NCBI GenBank assembly: GCA_964588955.1
Contig: CAZPQJ010000001.1
Location: forward strand, 93,572 to 157,571
Origin: an uncultured Gammaproteobacteria bacterium
GTDB taxonomy: Bacteria; Patescibacteriota; Patescibacteriia; UBA9934; CAMTUG01
Direction of reading: 5' to 3'
DNA: 64,000 nt
Positions 1 through 9,316 of the stretch are shown here, piece by piece. Under the pieces are notes generated by a model. That model did no database searches. It saw nothing but the letters and a program-made list of their open reading frames with translations, and was not told the origin of the DNA. Each line of letters starts with the position of its first letter. Position 1 is the first letter of the stretch. A program made the translations under genes and the position numbers.

Positions 1-1
1 C

Positions 2-469
2 TTCCCGATGTTCGAAGTGGACGACGAGGGAAACATCGCTGCCAAGCATCACCCGTTCTGTTCTATTCACGAGGAAGACAAAGAGAAGTTCATGAAAGGT
101 GAGGACGTGATGTCGATTCGTGCCAACGCCTACGATTTGGTGTTGAACGGGTATGAACTTTCTTCAGGAAGTATTCGTATTCATGAACGAGAATTGCAGA
201 AGCGCATTTTTGATCTGTTGAATATCACCGAAGAAGAGCAACAGAAACGCTTTGGACATATGCTGGAAGCGTTTACTTTTGGTGCTCCGCCGCACGGTGG
301 ATTTGCTCCAGGGATTGATCGCATCGTTATGCTTATGGCTGGTGAGCCAAACATTCGCGAGGTGATTGCATTTCCTAAGGATGGTCACGCGTATGACCAG
401 ATGATGGGGGCACCAACGCCATTGCCGGAAAAGTCCTTAAAAGAGGTGCACATTAAATTGGATACCTAA
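2..469 (+). CDS. aspS: Aspartyl-tRNA synthetase, C-terminal part (5' end lies outside the window)
   Basis: [39 protein letters not shown] and IREVIAFPK motifs; frame is open back to the window edge. Confidence 0.96.
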   Translation, partial: FPMFEVDDEGNIAAKHHPFCSIHEEDKEKFMKGEDVMSIRANAYDLVLNGYELSSGSIRIHERELQKRIFDLLNITEEEQQKRFGHMLEAFTFGAPPHGGFAPGIDRIVMLMAGEPNIREVIAFPKDGHAYDQMMGAPTPLPEKSLKEVHIKLDT

Positions 470-1165
470 ATGTTTTTCGAAGTCACGCTCGATCAATTTG
501 CCGGACCAATGCAACTTCTCCTCGAATTAATCGAGAAGGAAGATTTAGATATCACCAACGTCTCGCTTGCCAAGGTAACAGAAGATTATTTGGGATATGT
601 GAATAGTCATGAGGTGCCAAGTCATGAACTGGCAGATTTCTTGGTGGTGGCGGCAAAACTGATTTATCTGAAATCGCGTGCTATTTTGCCCGAAGATCCG
701 GAAGAAGAGGAAGAGGCGGATGCTTTGGCGGCACAGTTAAAACTGTATCGTGAGTTTGTGGACGCAACGGTATACATTGACCAGCTGATGACGAGCAGTG
801 CCGTTTCTTACGGACGCCAGCGCACCTATGTTCCACCGGAAACAAAGTTCCGACCGCCCATGAACGCGACGATGGGGGAGCTCTCCACCTCGTTTGACGA
901 GTTGCTTAAGCGTCTTCAGCCGTTCTTTAGCTTGCAAGAGACTTCGATGCAACGTGTGGCAAGCGTGGAAGAGCGCATCAAACAGATTCACACCGTACTG
1001 CTCGATCGTGCGCGTATGACCTTCCGCGACATCACTAAAGGAGCGGCTTCGCGGGTAGACGTGCTAGTGAGTTTTCTGGCATTATTGGAGCTGATGAAGC
1101 AAAAGTTGATTACTGCGGTGCAAGCTTCGGAGTTCGGAGAAATTGAATTACACCGCGTAGAATAA
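470..1165 (+). CDS. scpA: Segregation and condensation protein A (kleisin)
   Basis: FAGPMQLLLELI, ADFLVVAAKLIYLKSR and VSFLALLELMK motifs; adjacent to scpB. Confidence 0.95.
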   Translation: MFFEVTLDQFAGPMQLLLELIEKEDLDITNVSLAKVTEDYLGYVNSHEVPSHELADFLVVAAKLIYLKSRAILPEDPEEEEEADALAAQLKLYREFVDATVYIDQLMTSSAVSYGRQRTYVPPETKFRPPMNATMGELSTSFDELLKRLQPFFSLQETSMQRVASVEERIKQIHTVLLDRARMTFRDITKGAASRVDVLVSFLALLELMKQKLITAVQASEFGEIELHRVE

Positions 1166-1740
1166 TGATTATGACAAAAACGGAAGTGGAAGCGATCATT
1201 TTTGCCTCTGGTAAGCCGGTTGGCTTACGCGCCATTGCCAAGGTGTTAACTAGTTCGCTGGAAGAAGTACAAGCCTGCGTCGCGGAGTTGAAGAAAGAAA
1301 AAAATACGGCAGAGTCGGGAGTGCATCTATTGGATCATGAAGGGACGGTGCAGTTTGTCACCAATCCAGCACATGGAGCGCTGATTGCTTCGCTCGTCAA
1401 AGACGAATTTGCCGGAGAGCTCACGCGTCCGCAGTTGGAAACGCTTTCGGTGATTTGCTATCGCGGACCCGTCACCAAACCGGAGATCGAGCAGATTCGT
1501 GGCGTCAATTGCTCGGTGATCATTCGTAATTTATTGATTCGTGGATTAGTGGAAGAACGGGAAGACGCATCGCGGTTACAACTTGTATACACGGTGACGG
1601 CGGATTTTGTGCGGCATTTAGGTGTGTCGACCCTGACAGACCTGCCGGAGTTCGAGCGCTTTCATAATGATGAGCGGATTACCAAATTGATCGAGGAGGC
1701 GGCGAGTCCGACGGAAGACCATCCCCCGTCCTCCGTATAA
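1165..1740 (+). CDS. scpB: Segregation and condensation protein B
   Basis: EAIIFASGKPV and LETLSVICYRGPVTKPEIEQIRGVN motifs. Confidence 0.96.
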   Translation: MIMTKTEVEAIIFASGKPVGLRAIAKVLTSSLEEVQACVAELKKEKNTAESGVHLLDHEGTVQFVTNPAHGALIASLVKDEFAGELTRPQLETLSVICYRGPVTKPEIEQIRGVNCSVIIRNLLIRGLVEEREDASRLQLVYTVTADFVRHLGVSTLTDLPEFERFHNDERITKLIEEAASPTEDHPPSSV

Positions 1741-1758
1741 AGGAGGGAAATAACGCTT

Positions 1759-2718
1759 ATGTTTTTACGCGCGATGATGCAGGCAGTATTGGCGATTGGC
1801 TTGATTCAGTTTGTTCCTGTTGATGGAGCCGTGCTTGAACAGTCCGCGCAATTACCAACGGCCGCAGCCTATCCAGCAAGCGGGGTGTTGGGTCGACTGG
1901 TGAGTGCTAGCTTGCCCACAGCTCCCGACCGCATTCCTAAACGTCTGGACGACAGCAGTATGGGGGTTGTGACGAGTGCTCGAAGCGTGTTGGTTACAGA
2001 TCGAAAGAGCGGGGCAGCATTGTATGAAAAAAATGCTGATGAGGTGCGTCCGATCGGGAGTATTAGCAAGCTCATGACGGCCTTGGTATTTTTGGAAACC
2101 CAACCTAATCTAAACGGACCGGGAAGCGTCGTTGATGAGGATTATCGCGAGGGTGGGAGGGTATATTTGGCAGCAAATGATCCAATAACCGTCCGTGATT
2201 TGCTGCATGCTAGTTTGATTGGTTCAGACAATACGGCGACCATGTCGTTAGCGCGCATCTCCGGTTTTTCGGAAACAGACTTTGTCGCCAAGATGAACGC
2301 GAAAGCTCAAGCGCTCGGCATGGCCCACACGATCTTTCGTGATCCGACAGGTTTATCCGTTAATAACGTCTCCACCGCCAGAGACCTCGTCGCCTTGCTT
2401 TCGGCTGTACAAGAGGTGCCGGAGATTGCAGATACGATCGTGATGAGCCAGGTAACGATCACACAGGCGAGCGGTCGTGTTGTTACGATTGAATCAACAG
2501 ATGAGTTATTGACGAGCTTTATAAACCAGCCACCGTTTACGATGCTCGGCGGTAAGACCGGATATTTGCCAGAGGCGGGTTATTGCATTGGGGTTGGGGT
2601 ACGTCGCGAAGGGTCGGGTGACGTATTTATTGTTTTGCTCGGTTCAGATACCAAGTACACGCGGGTACAAGAGGCAAAGGGGTTAGCCGATTGGGTGTAT
2701 AGGGTGTTTAGTTGGTAG
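1759..2718 (+). CDS. D-alanyl-D-alanine carboxypeptidase/endopeptidase (peptidase S11)
   Basis: SxxK (SISK), SDN and KTG motifs; N-terminal signal-like segment. Confidence 0.9.
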   Translation: MFLRAMMQAVLAIGLIQFVPVDGAVLEQSAQLPTAAAYPASGVLGRLVSASLPTAPDRIPKRLDDSSMGVVTSARSVLVTDRKSGAALYEKNADEVRPIGSISKLMTALVFLETQPNLNGPGSVVDEDYREGGRVYLAANDPITVRDLLHASLIGSDNTATMSLARISGFSETDFVAKMNAKAQALGMAHTIFRDPTGLSVNNVSTARDLVALLSAVQEVPEIADTIVMSQVTITQASGRVVTIESTDELLTSFINQPPFTMLGGKTGYLPEAGYCIGVGVRREGSGDVFIVLLGSDTKYTRVQEAKGLADWVYRVFSW

Positions 2719-2725
2719 GCAGAGT

Positions 2726-3184
2726 ATGCAAGATCTTTTCCTCTTTTTCCTTTCTGCTGTTCCCATCGGCGAATTGCGCGTGACGTTGCCTTTGGCGCTG
2801 CAGGTTTATGGTTTTTCTATTCCGCATGCCTTAGCGGTCGTATATGCGGGGAATGCGTTGCCTGTTTTGCCGCTGCTGTTTGGACTCCAGATTTTCGTCG
2901 CTTGGTCAGATCGGCGGATTCCACTTTTGCATCGGTTTTTTGTATGGTTCTTCCATCGCACGCGTTTACGATTTGAAAAGAATTATCAAACATACGGAGC
3001 CGTTGCTTTGTTTGTTTTTGTTGCTATTCCGCTTCCATTGACGGGTGTGTGGACAGCATCGGTGGCGGCAGTATTATTCGGGATTCGCCCGCGGGTTGCC
3101 TTTCCGGCTATCGTAGGTGGAATGGTGACAGCAGGATTGATCGTTCTTGTCCTAACGAAAGGAATCGCAGAACATCTTTTTTAA
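2726..3184 (+). CDS. Putative small multidrug export membrane protein (COG2426-like)
   Basis: PIGELR and FVAIPLPLTGVWTA motifs; about 4 TM segments. Confidence 0.85.
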   Translation: MQDLFLFFLSAVPIGELRVTLPLALQVYGFSIPHALAVVYAGNALPVLPLLFGLQIFVAWSDRRIPLLHRFFVWFFHRTRLRFEKNYQTYGAVALFVFVAIPLPLTGVWTASVAAVLFGIRPRVAFPAIVGGMVTAGLIVLVLTKGIAEHLF

Positions 3185-3204
3185 GTTTTTTGTGTGAGAG
3201 CGTT

Positions 3205-4317
3205 ATGCGTATTGGGATTGATGCTCGCGCGGTAGTCCGCCCAAAGATTGAACGGGTGAGCGGGGTACATCAATATACCAGCGCCATTATTGCTGCTCTT
3301 CAACACTTAGCTCCTGAGGAGATCGTACTTTTTGGCGAGGATTCCGTCGTCGCTCCCGTACGATCGATTCCGTTTATTGGACATCATCTTGCCCTGCCAC
3401 AAGCGGTGCATCGCGCAGGGATTGATCTCTTTTTTTCTCCCACGGGACTTCTCCCGCTTGGATTGACGGTGCCATCCGTCGCCTTTATCCATGATTTATT
3501 TATTCTCAAGCATCCAGAATGGTTTCCTGATTCTGTTTTGCAACAAGTGTTTACCCTTAAATTAGTCCTGCCTCATAGCGTGCGTCGCGCACGTCGTCTG
3601 TTGGTCCCCTCGCTACGTGTCAAAGATGACGTCATTGATGCGTTTCCTGACTCTCGAGAAAAGATTTCCGTTGTTTGGGAGGGTGTGATGCCTCGTCGTC
3701 GCAAGGATTATGCGATGACCAAGGAATTGCGAGAGCGTTTGCGGATTGTACAGCGTTATATTGTTTCCGTTGCCACGGTAGAGCCTCGAAAAGACTTGAT
3801 AACGGCGATAAAAGCTTTTGAAGCCGTATTGACCGCGTGCCCAATGTTGGCGCGTACGTTGCAGTATGTGATTGTTGGTACGTCTGGTTGGAAGAGTAAT
3901 GCAACGTTTGCTGCCATCGAACAGGTGAACGCACGCTGGCGTTATTACGCCCCGGAAGTCATTCGCTACACGGGGCCAGTAACAGAACAAGAGAAGTGGA
4001 TCCTCTACGCCAACGCGGAGCTGTATCTTTGTACCTCGCTCGCCGAAGGATTTGGCTTACCGCCGTTTGAGGCCATGGCTGTGGAAACGCCGGTTATTAC
4101 TACGCCCGTCGGTGCGGTGAGTGAAGTGGCGAACGATGCGGTTATTGTTGTTGACTTTCGTAGTGATCGAAGCCTCAAGAGAGAAATTATCTCGCTGCTT
4201 GATAGTCCAGAAAAAGCGCGAGCATTAGCACAAAAAGGACAGAACGTTGTACAGCGACTTACCTGGGATCGCGCTGCCAAACAGACTCTAGATCTTTTGC
4301 ATCAAGAAGGGGCTTGA
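3205..4317 (+). CDS. GT-B glycosyltransferase, family 4
   Basis: MRIGIDAR start (ATG 3205, not the track's 3049); EPRK and EGFGLPPFEAMA motifs. Confidence 0.92.
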   Translation: MRIGIDARAVVRPKIERVSGVHQYTSAIIAALQHLAPEEIVLFGEDSVVAPVRSIPFIGHHLALPQAVHRAGIDLFFSPTGLLPLGLTVPSVAFIHDLFILKHPEWFPDSVLQQVFTLKLVLPHSVRRARRLLVPSLRVKDDVIDAFPDSREKISVVWEGVMPRRRKDYAMTKELRERLRIVQRYIVSVATVEPRKDLITAIKAFEAVLTACPMLARTLQYVIVGTSGWKSNATFAAIEQVNARWRYYAPEVIRYTGPVTEQEKWILYANAELYLCTSLAEGFGLPPFEAMAVETPVITTPVGAVSEVANDAVIVVDFRSDRSLKREIISLLDSPEKARALAQKGQNVVQRLTWDRAAKQTLDLLHQEGA

Positions 4318-4372
4318 TTTTTTGCCAATTTCTGTCATACTAGTCTCTCAATCTTGTTTGTTGTTATTGTAT

Positions 4373-6046
4373 ATGATGAAACGTAAACGTTTGCTCATGG
4401 CGCTTGGAGGGGTTGTTCTTTTGATTGGTGGAGGGGCGTACGCGGCAACGCGAGGTGGTTCCGCTTCAACCATGACGACGGAAACGGTGAAGCGCACGGA
4501 TGTTGTGCAGACGGTAGAAGTGACTGGTACCGTGGAAACAGAAAGCGACGTAGAGCTTTCGTTCGGTACTTCTGGAGTGGTGCGTATGGTCTCCGTAAAG
4601 GTGGGTGATGCGGTGCGAAGCGGTCAGGTGCTGGCCGTGCTAAATGCTGGCACCCTGCAAGCCTCTTATGCTCAAGCGCTGGAAGGATTGAACGAGGCTA
4701 AAGCCACCTTGGCGGAAAAAGAAGCCGGGATTTCTGATGAAGACACGGGTGTTAGCCAGGCAGATATCGCCGTTGCCGAAGCGGCCTTGGCGGCGGCAGA
4801 GCAAGACGTGGAACGCGTGAAGACGGAAACAACCGTCAACGCGCAGCAAGCCAAAGAAGATGTGGTCGATGCCCTGCGTTCGCTCGTAACGGAGATTCGT
4901 CAGGCTTTAGCATCGGCGGATACGGTATTGGGTGTAGAGAATCCATTGTTTAACCGTGGTTTCGATGAAGTGCTCGGTGCAGAAGATGTAAACGCGTTAC
5001 CTGCCGCGCAAGCCGCTTTTGAACGTGCCGCTGACAGCCGGGACACGGCCGAAGCAGCATTGTGGGCGTTAAATGGTACGGATACCACGGCGGCGGCCGA
5101 AGCTGCCGAAGTGGCCTATGCTGACGCGTATGAAACGCTTGCCGATACCAGTCGAGTGTTGGATGCTACCTCCGCGGACTCAGATGCTTTTTCGTTAGAT
5201 GACTTAGTCGCTTTTAAGTCGACGATCAGTGCCGCTCAATCTTCATTGGTGTCTATGGGATCTGGTTTGCGCGTCGCGCGTCAAGCGTCTGCCAATGCTG
5301 ATCAAGCCATGTCGCTCGATGTGGCTGATGCGCAAACCGTGGTGGATTCTCGAAAAGCAGATTTGGCTCGCGCGCAAGCGTCTTACGTGAGTGCTACGGC
5401 TGATCCGCGTGCTGTGAATCTTGCTGCGTATCAAGCGGCCGTTGGGCAAGCGGAGGCGAATGTTTCCGCGGCCGCCGCCCGTTTGCGCGACGCTCAGATT
5501 ATTTCTCCTATCACCGGAACCGTGACGGTACGGGAGATTGATCCAGGGGAATCTGCTTCGGCGTTAGTTCCCGTGTTAACGGTTCTTTCTTCTAGCGATA
5601 CGTATGCCGTAACACTTGATTTGCCAGAGGCGGATGTCGCGAAAGTAGCTATTGGTCAAACCGCTGAAATTACCTTCGACTCTTTGGGAGACGATCGTGT
5701 ATTTTCCGGTACCGTCGGTGCGATTGACCCGGCGCAAACGGTTATTCAAGACGTGGTCTTTTACTCGGCGAACGTTTTCTTGAATGCGGATCAGGATTTG
5801 TCCGTTATCAAACCAGGGATGAGCGCTAATGTTACCATCTTGACCGCGCAAAAGACGAACGTGCTGACTATTCCAAGTCGAGCTGTTTTGGAAAAGAATG
5901 GAGTCAAATACGTGCGCGTCCCAGAGGGGGATTCCTATGTTGAACGAACGGTCAGTGTGGGTTTGCGCGCCGACGATGGGCTCATGGAAATTGTGGATGG
6001 ACTCGGGGAAGGTGAAACAATTATTGTTTCACTCAAAACTAACTAA
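4373..6046 (+). CDS. MacA/HlyD-like membrane fusion (adaptor) protein
   Basis: N-terminal TM, lipoyl-like VKVGDAV..GQVLA, long Ala-rich coiled coil, ISPITG, IKPGMSANV; start re-called at ATG 4373. Confidence 0.9.
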   Translation: MMKRKRLLMALGGVVLLIGGGAYAATRGGSASTMTTETVKRTDVVQTVEVTGTVETESDVELSFGTSGVVRMVSVKVGDAVRSGQVLAVLNAGTLQASYAQALEGLNEAKATLAEKEAGISDEDTGVSQADIAVAEAALAAAEQDVERVKTETTVNAQQAKEDVVDALRSLVTEIRQALASADTVLGVENPLFNRGFDEVLGAEDVNALPAAQAAFERAADSRDTAEAALWALNGTDTTAAAEAAEVAYADAYETLADTSRVLDATSADSDAFSLDDLVAFKSTISAAQSSLVSMGSGLRVARQASANADQAMSLDVADAQTVVDSRKADLARAQASYVSATADPRAVNLAAYQAAVGQAEANVSAAAARLRDAQIISPITGTVTVREIDPGESASALVPVLTVLSSSDTYAVTLDLPEADVAKVAIGQTAEITFDSLGDDRVFSGTVGAIDPAQTVIQDVVFYSANVFLNADQDLSVIKPGMSANVTILTAQKTNVLTIPSRAVLEKNGVKYVRVPEGDSYVERTVSVGLRADDGLMEIVDGLGEGETIIVSLKTN

Positions 6047-6726
6047 TGCCTATGTCCGCGCCGCTGATTGATTTGCGGGCAATCACCAAAACCTACATCA
6101 ACGGGGAAACACAAACCCCGGTGTTGCATGGGGTTACCTTGTCGGTCGGCGCGGGGGAGTTTGTTTCGTTGATGGGGCCATCTGGTTCGGGAAAATCGAC
6201 CTTGATGCACATTTTGAGTTTGTTAGATCGTCAGGATGAGGGAGTGTACATGTTTGATGGGGTAGACACGGGATCGCTCGATGAAGTCGCTCGTGCCAAG
6301 CTACGTTTGAGTAAAATAGGATTTGTTTTTCAAGCGTTTCATTTACTGCCGCGTTTAACCGTTTTAGAGAACGTGCTTCTGCCACTGCTTTACGCGGAAC
6401 GCCCGGAAGCGGAACGTATGACCCGCGCCAAAGCAGCTTTAGCAGACGTAGGACTTACGGAACGTGAATCCTATCTGCCGAGCCAGCTTTCTGGTGGTCA
6501 AAAACAGCGAGTGGCGATCGCTCGCGCGTTGGTTAATACGCCGTCTGTGATTTTTGCCGATGAGCCGACGGGAAATTTGGATTCCGTCTCTAGCCATCAA
6601 GTTTTGGAGATTCTGCGTGATCTCGCTAAGAAAAAAGGACGAACCGTGGTTATGGTTACGCACGAAGAAGAGGCGGCAAGTTATAGTGATCGAGTGATTC
6701 GTATTCGTGACGGTAAGATTCTCTAA
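6046..6726 (+). CDS. ABC transporter ATP-binding protein (MacB/LolD type)
   Basis: GPSGSGKST, LSGGQKQRVAIARAL, ADEPTGNLD. Confidence 0.95.
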   Translation: MPMSAPLIDLRAITKTYINGETQTPVLHGVTLSVGAGEFVSLMGPSGSGKSTLMHILSLLDRQDEGVYMFDGVDTGSLDEVARAKLRLSKIGFVFQAFHLLPRLTVLENVLLPLLYAERPEAERMTRAKAALADVGLTERESYLPSQLSGGQKQRVAIARALVNTPSVIFADEPTGNLDSVSSHQVLEILRDLAKKKGRTVVMVTHEEEAASYSDRVIRIRDGKIL

Positions 6727-6728
6727 TT

Positions 6729-7961
6729 ATGCGCGCATTTGATCTTTTCTCCACGTCAACTGAGTCCTTACGGCGCAACACCTCGCGTTCGCTGTTGACT
6801 GTACTTGGTATCGTCATTGGTATTGGCGCGGTGATTTTGATGCTGTCGCTTGGGCAGGGAGCACAATCATACGTTTTGAATCAGGTTTCAAACTTAGGAT
6901 CGGATTTAGTGTTTGTTGAAGCGGGGAGTGGAGATGCGGGTGGTGGTCCGCCGTCGGCCTTTACTGAACAGACGGTAACGATGGATGATGTTGAGATGCT
7001 GCAAAAGCAAGGTCCGTTTTCTTTCGTTTCTGCCGTGGTGATCACCACAACGTCGGTGAGTGCTGGGCAAAACAGTACTTTCACCGATATTGCCGGGGTC
7101 GATGAGCATCAGTTAGATGTGTTTCCGGCGGAAGTGATCAACGGGCGGTTTATTGAAAAAGACGACGTAGACGCTCACGCGCGCGTGGCTGTGCTTGGTT
7201 ATGACCTTGCTCACGACTTGTTTGGTGATCAAGATCCAATCGGCGAGCGCGTGCAAGTCAAAAATTTGTCAGTGCGCGTTATTGGGGTCATGGGGGTGCA
7301 GGGGAGTAAGTTCTTCTCGAACCTTGATGGGCGCGTGTACTTGCCGGTAACCACGGCGCAGCGAGAATTGTTAGGCGTTGATTACGTGAACTATATTGCT
7401 GCCAAAGCGACCACGGAGATTGAAGCGGCCAAAGACGACGCGCGTGCCATTTTGCGCGACAGCCACAACCTAGATAATCCGGAACAAGATTTGGCCAAAG
7501 ATGATTTTAACGTTTCTTCGCAGTCAGACGCGGTGGCGATTATCGGCGCTGTCGGCTTTGCTCTTACATTACTGCTAGCGTCGATTGCGGCGATTTCGCT
7601 CGTGGTGGGTGGAATCGGTATCATGAACATCATGCTTGTGTCGGTAACTGAGCGTACCCGCGAGATTGGTTTGCGCAAAGCGATCGGTGCCACGGAAAGC
7701 GAAGTGCTGCGGCAGTTTTTGTTGGAAGCAGTGATCCTTACGTTGTTTGGTGGATTGATCGGGATTGTGGGAGGGGTCGGGTTTTCTGCCTTGGCTTCTT
7801 TAGCCCTCTCGCACTTTGTGGATGGCTGGACCTTTGTGATTCCGCCTGTGGCCATTATTGCCTCGGTGGGTGTTTCTACCGTCGTCGGCATCGCCTTCGG
7901 TTATTACCCCGCCCGCCGTGCTGCTCGTTTGGATCCCATTGAGGCCTTGCGGTATGAGTAG
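6729..7961 (+). CDS. ABC transporter permease (MacB/FtsX type)
   Basis: RSLLTVLGIVIGI, GGIGIMNIMLVSVTERTREIG, YPARRAARLDPIEALRYE. Confidence 0.95.
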   Translation: MRAFDLFSTSTESLRRNTSRSLLTVLGIVIGIGAVILMLSLGQGAQSYVLNQVSNLGSDLVFVEAGSGDAGGGPPSAFTEQTVTMDDVEMLQKQGPFSFVSAVVITTTSVSAGQNSTFTDIAGVDEHQLDVFPAEVINGRFIEKDDVDAHARVAVLGYDLAHDLFGDQDPIGERVQVKNLSVRVIGVMGVQGSKFFSNLDGRVYLPVTTAQRELLGVDYVNYIAAKATTEIEAAKDDARAILRDSHNLDNPEQDLAKDDFNVSSQSDAVAIIGAVGFALTLLLASIAAISLVVGGIGIMNIMLVSVTERTREIGLRKAIGATESEVLRQFLLEAVILTLFGGLIGIVGGVGFSALASLALSHFVDGWTFVIPPVAIIASVGVSTVVGIAFGYYPARRAARLDPIEALRYE

Positions 7962-7991
7962 TGAGGGGGCCTTTTAGAGGATCGGGAGTGA

Positions 7992-8025
7992 TCAGATTAT
8001 ATGGGCGGGGCCACTGTGCCCCGCC
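7992..8025. repeat. 34-bp REP-like palindromic element, copy 1
   Basis: TCAGATTATATG-GGCGGGGC-CACTGT-GCCCCGCC; 32/34 identical to 21517-21550. Confidence 0.85.
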
Positions 8026-8191
8026 TTTCGTTATGTACATGGAGGGAATAGGTCGTGCCTCCACTTTTGGATATGAGCACCACATAGGCATCAGATCGAC
8101 ATCTCGTTGATATCAGGTTGATGTTGATTTGGTGCCTCCCGCTAAAAGCGGGTCGGGAGTATACCATCTTCCTGACCCTCAAAATGAAAAA

Positions 8192-8212
8192 TTGAACACA
8201 AATTGTGTTCAA
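8192..8212. promoter_or_regulatory. Operator-like palindrome TTGAACACA-N3-TGTGTTCAA
   Basis: Perfect 9-bp arms; recurs at 43504-43522 upstream of ftsZ. Confidence 0.5.
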
Positions 8213-8247
8213 AAAACTGACGTTGATCCGTCGTTTAAATACACGAA

Positions 8248-8269
8248 CACCGTCGGATGTCCGACGGTG
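8248..8269 (-). terminator. Hairpin just downstream of tRNA-Met
   Basis: CACCGTCGG/CCGACGGTG inverted repeat 4 nt from the CCA end; weak U-tract. Confidence 0.55.
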
Positions 8270-8273
8270 ACCA

Positions 8274-8350
8274 TGGTAGCGGGGGGCGGAATCGAACCGC
8301 CGACCTCGGGCTTATGAGTCCCACGCTCTAACCAACTGAGCTACCCCGCC
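8274..8350 (-). tRNA. tRNA-Met(CAT), elongator-like (Ile2 not excluded)
   Basis: GGCGGGGTAGCTCAGTTGGTTAGAGC..CT CAT AA..GGTTCGATTCC..ACCA; G1:U72 pair. Confidence 0.9.
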
Positions 8351-8361
8351 TTGTAAACTGC

Positions 8362-8480
8362 GACTTCTGAAATTCCTCGATCTGCTGCGTTGCGGGTCCC
8401 TGCTCGCTCTTCAACGTATATTTTGGATACGTCTCAGAGCTCGCTGTCCCGCGCCTTGCATATCGAGTTTTTCAGAAGTC
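8362..8480. repeat. 119-nt imperfect palindromic element between two tRNAs
   Basis: GACTTCTGAAA/TTTCAGAAGTC terminal arms plus nested CTCGAT/ATCGAG, GCTCT/AGAGC and ACGTAT/ATACGT pairs. Confidence 0.7.
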
Positions 8481-8498
8481 TCGTCTCCCATATCCATC

Positions 8499-8584
8499 TG
8501 GTGCCGCGGGAGGGATTTGAACCCTCAAGCCCTTGCGGGCAAAGGTGTTTGAGACCTTCGCGTATACCGTTCCGCCACCGCGGC
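8499..8584 (-). tRNA. tRNA-Leu(CAA)
   Basis: GCCGCGGTGGCGGAACGGTATACGC; anticodon arm AAGGT-CTCAAAC-ACCTT; long variable arm; CCA end. Confidence 0.93.
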
Positions 8585-8652
8585 CTGTTTTGTGGCAGGG
8601 CAATACTAGCAAACCCCCTGTGTTTTTTCAAGGGCCTATTTTTGCCTGAAGA

Positions 8653-8681
8653 TTGACAGATAGCCTGAGAAAGCGTATTCT
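8653..8681 (+). promoter_or_regulatory. Sigma70 promoter of tRNA-fMet (a divergent TTGAAA-17-TAGTAT serves tRNA-Leu)
   Basis: TTGACA-17bp-TATTCT ending 5 nt before the tRNA. Confidence 0.8.
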
Positions 8682-8686
8682 TCCCC

Positions 8687-8763
8687 CGCGGGATGGAGCA
8701 GCCAGGCAGCTCGTCGGGCTCATAACCCGAAGGTCGTCGGTTCAAATCCGACTCCCGCAACCA
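8687..8763 (+). tRNA. Initiator tRNA-fMet(CAT)
   Basis: C1:A72 mismatch, three G-C pairs in the anticodon stem (TCGGG-CTCATAA-CCCGA), CCA end. Confidence 0.96.
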
Positions 8764-8768
8764 AAAAT

Positions 8769-8795
8769 CCGTCAGCGACAGGCTGGCGGTTTTTT
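8769..8795 (+). terminator. Rho-independent terminator after tRNA-fMet
   Basis: CCGTCAGC/GCTGGCGG stem followed by a T-run. Confidence 0.75.
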
Positions 8796-8833
8796 GTTAT
8801 ACTGGTCGACGCTCTGCCTCTTTATCCCACATT

Positions 8834-9304
8834 ATGACCATGACCACGCATGCTGCTATCGGAGCGTTTATTGGGGCAAGAATCGGTAACCCCGTCCTCG
8901 GTTTCATTATAGGACTCGCCTCTCATTTTCTTGTTGATACCATTCCTCACGGCGACTCAAAGCACGTCCAGTGCTATTACCACGGCCATACCCGCGAGAA
9001 GCGCCGTTGGTTGCGGTTTTTACTTATTGATGCATGTGCGGCAACGAGTTTGGTGTTGATATTGCTCGCCACCCGAACATCTACCCAGCGTTTGGTATTT
9101 TCTTTAGCCATGATTGGCAGTATTCTTCCTGATCCGCTGGTCGGTTATTATGAATTAACCAAAAGTCGTTTTGTACGTCCGGTGTATCGTTTGCATTTTC
9201 TTTTTCATAACGCGCTCAGTAAACGTGTGGGAGATATTCCATTGCGCTATGCCTTGGTGGTTCAAGCCGTGGTGGTATTTTTCATTGTGGTGCGATTGCG
9301 GTAA
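8834..9304 (+). CDS. Membrane protein, putative metal-dependent hydrolase-like
   Basis: THxxxG, SHFLVDTIPH, LPD and H..FH motifs on TM helices. Confidence 0.6.
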   Translation: MTMTTHAAIGAFIGARIGNPVLGFIIGLASHFLVDTIPHGDSKHVQCYYHGHTREKRRWLRFLLIDACAATSLVLILLATRTSTQRLVFSLAMIGSILPDPLVGYYELTKSRFVRPVYRLHFLFHNALSKRVGDIPLRYALVVQAVVVFFIVVRLR

Positions 9305-9316
9305 AATAGACTAGCT

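Noticed and set aside
3049-3204. Long N-terminal extensions in the ORF track (GT4, MacA-like, rel, LCP, rluA, methyltransferase)
   Set aside because: They overlap upstream genes or promoters; downstream ATGs match the family N-termini.
8129-8889. Short ORFs across 8.1-8.9 kb and 21.6-22.0 kb
   Set aside because: They overlap tRNA genes and structured DNA; spurious.
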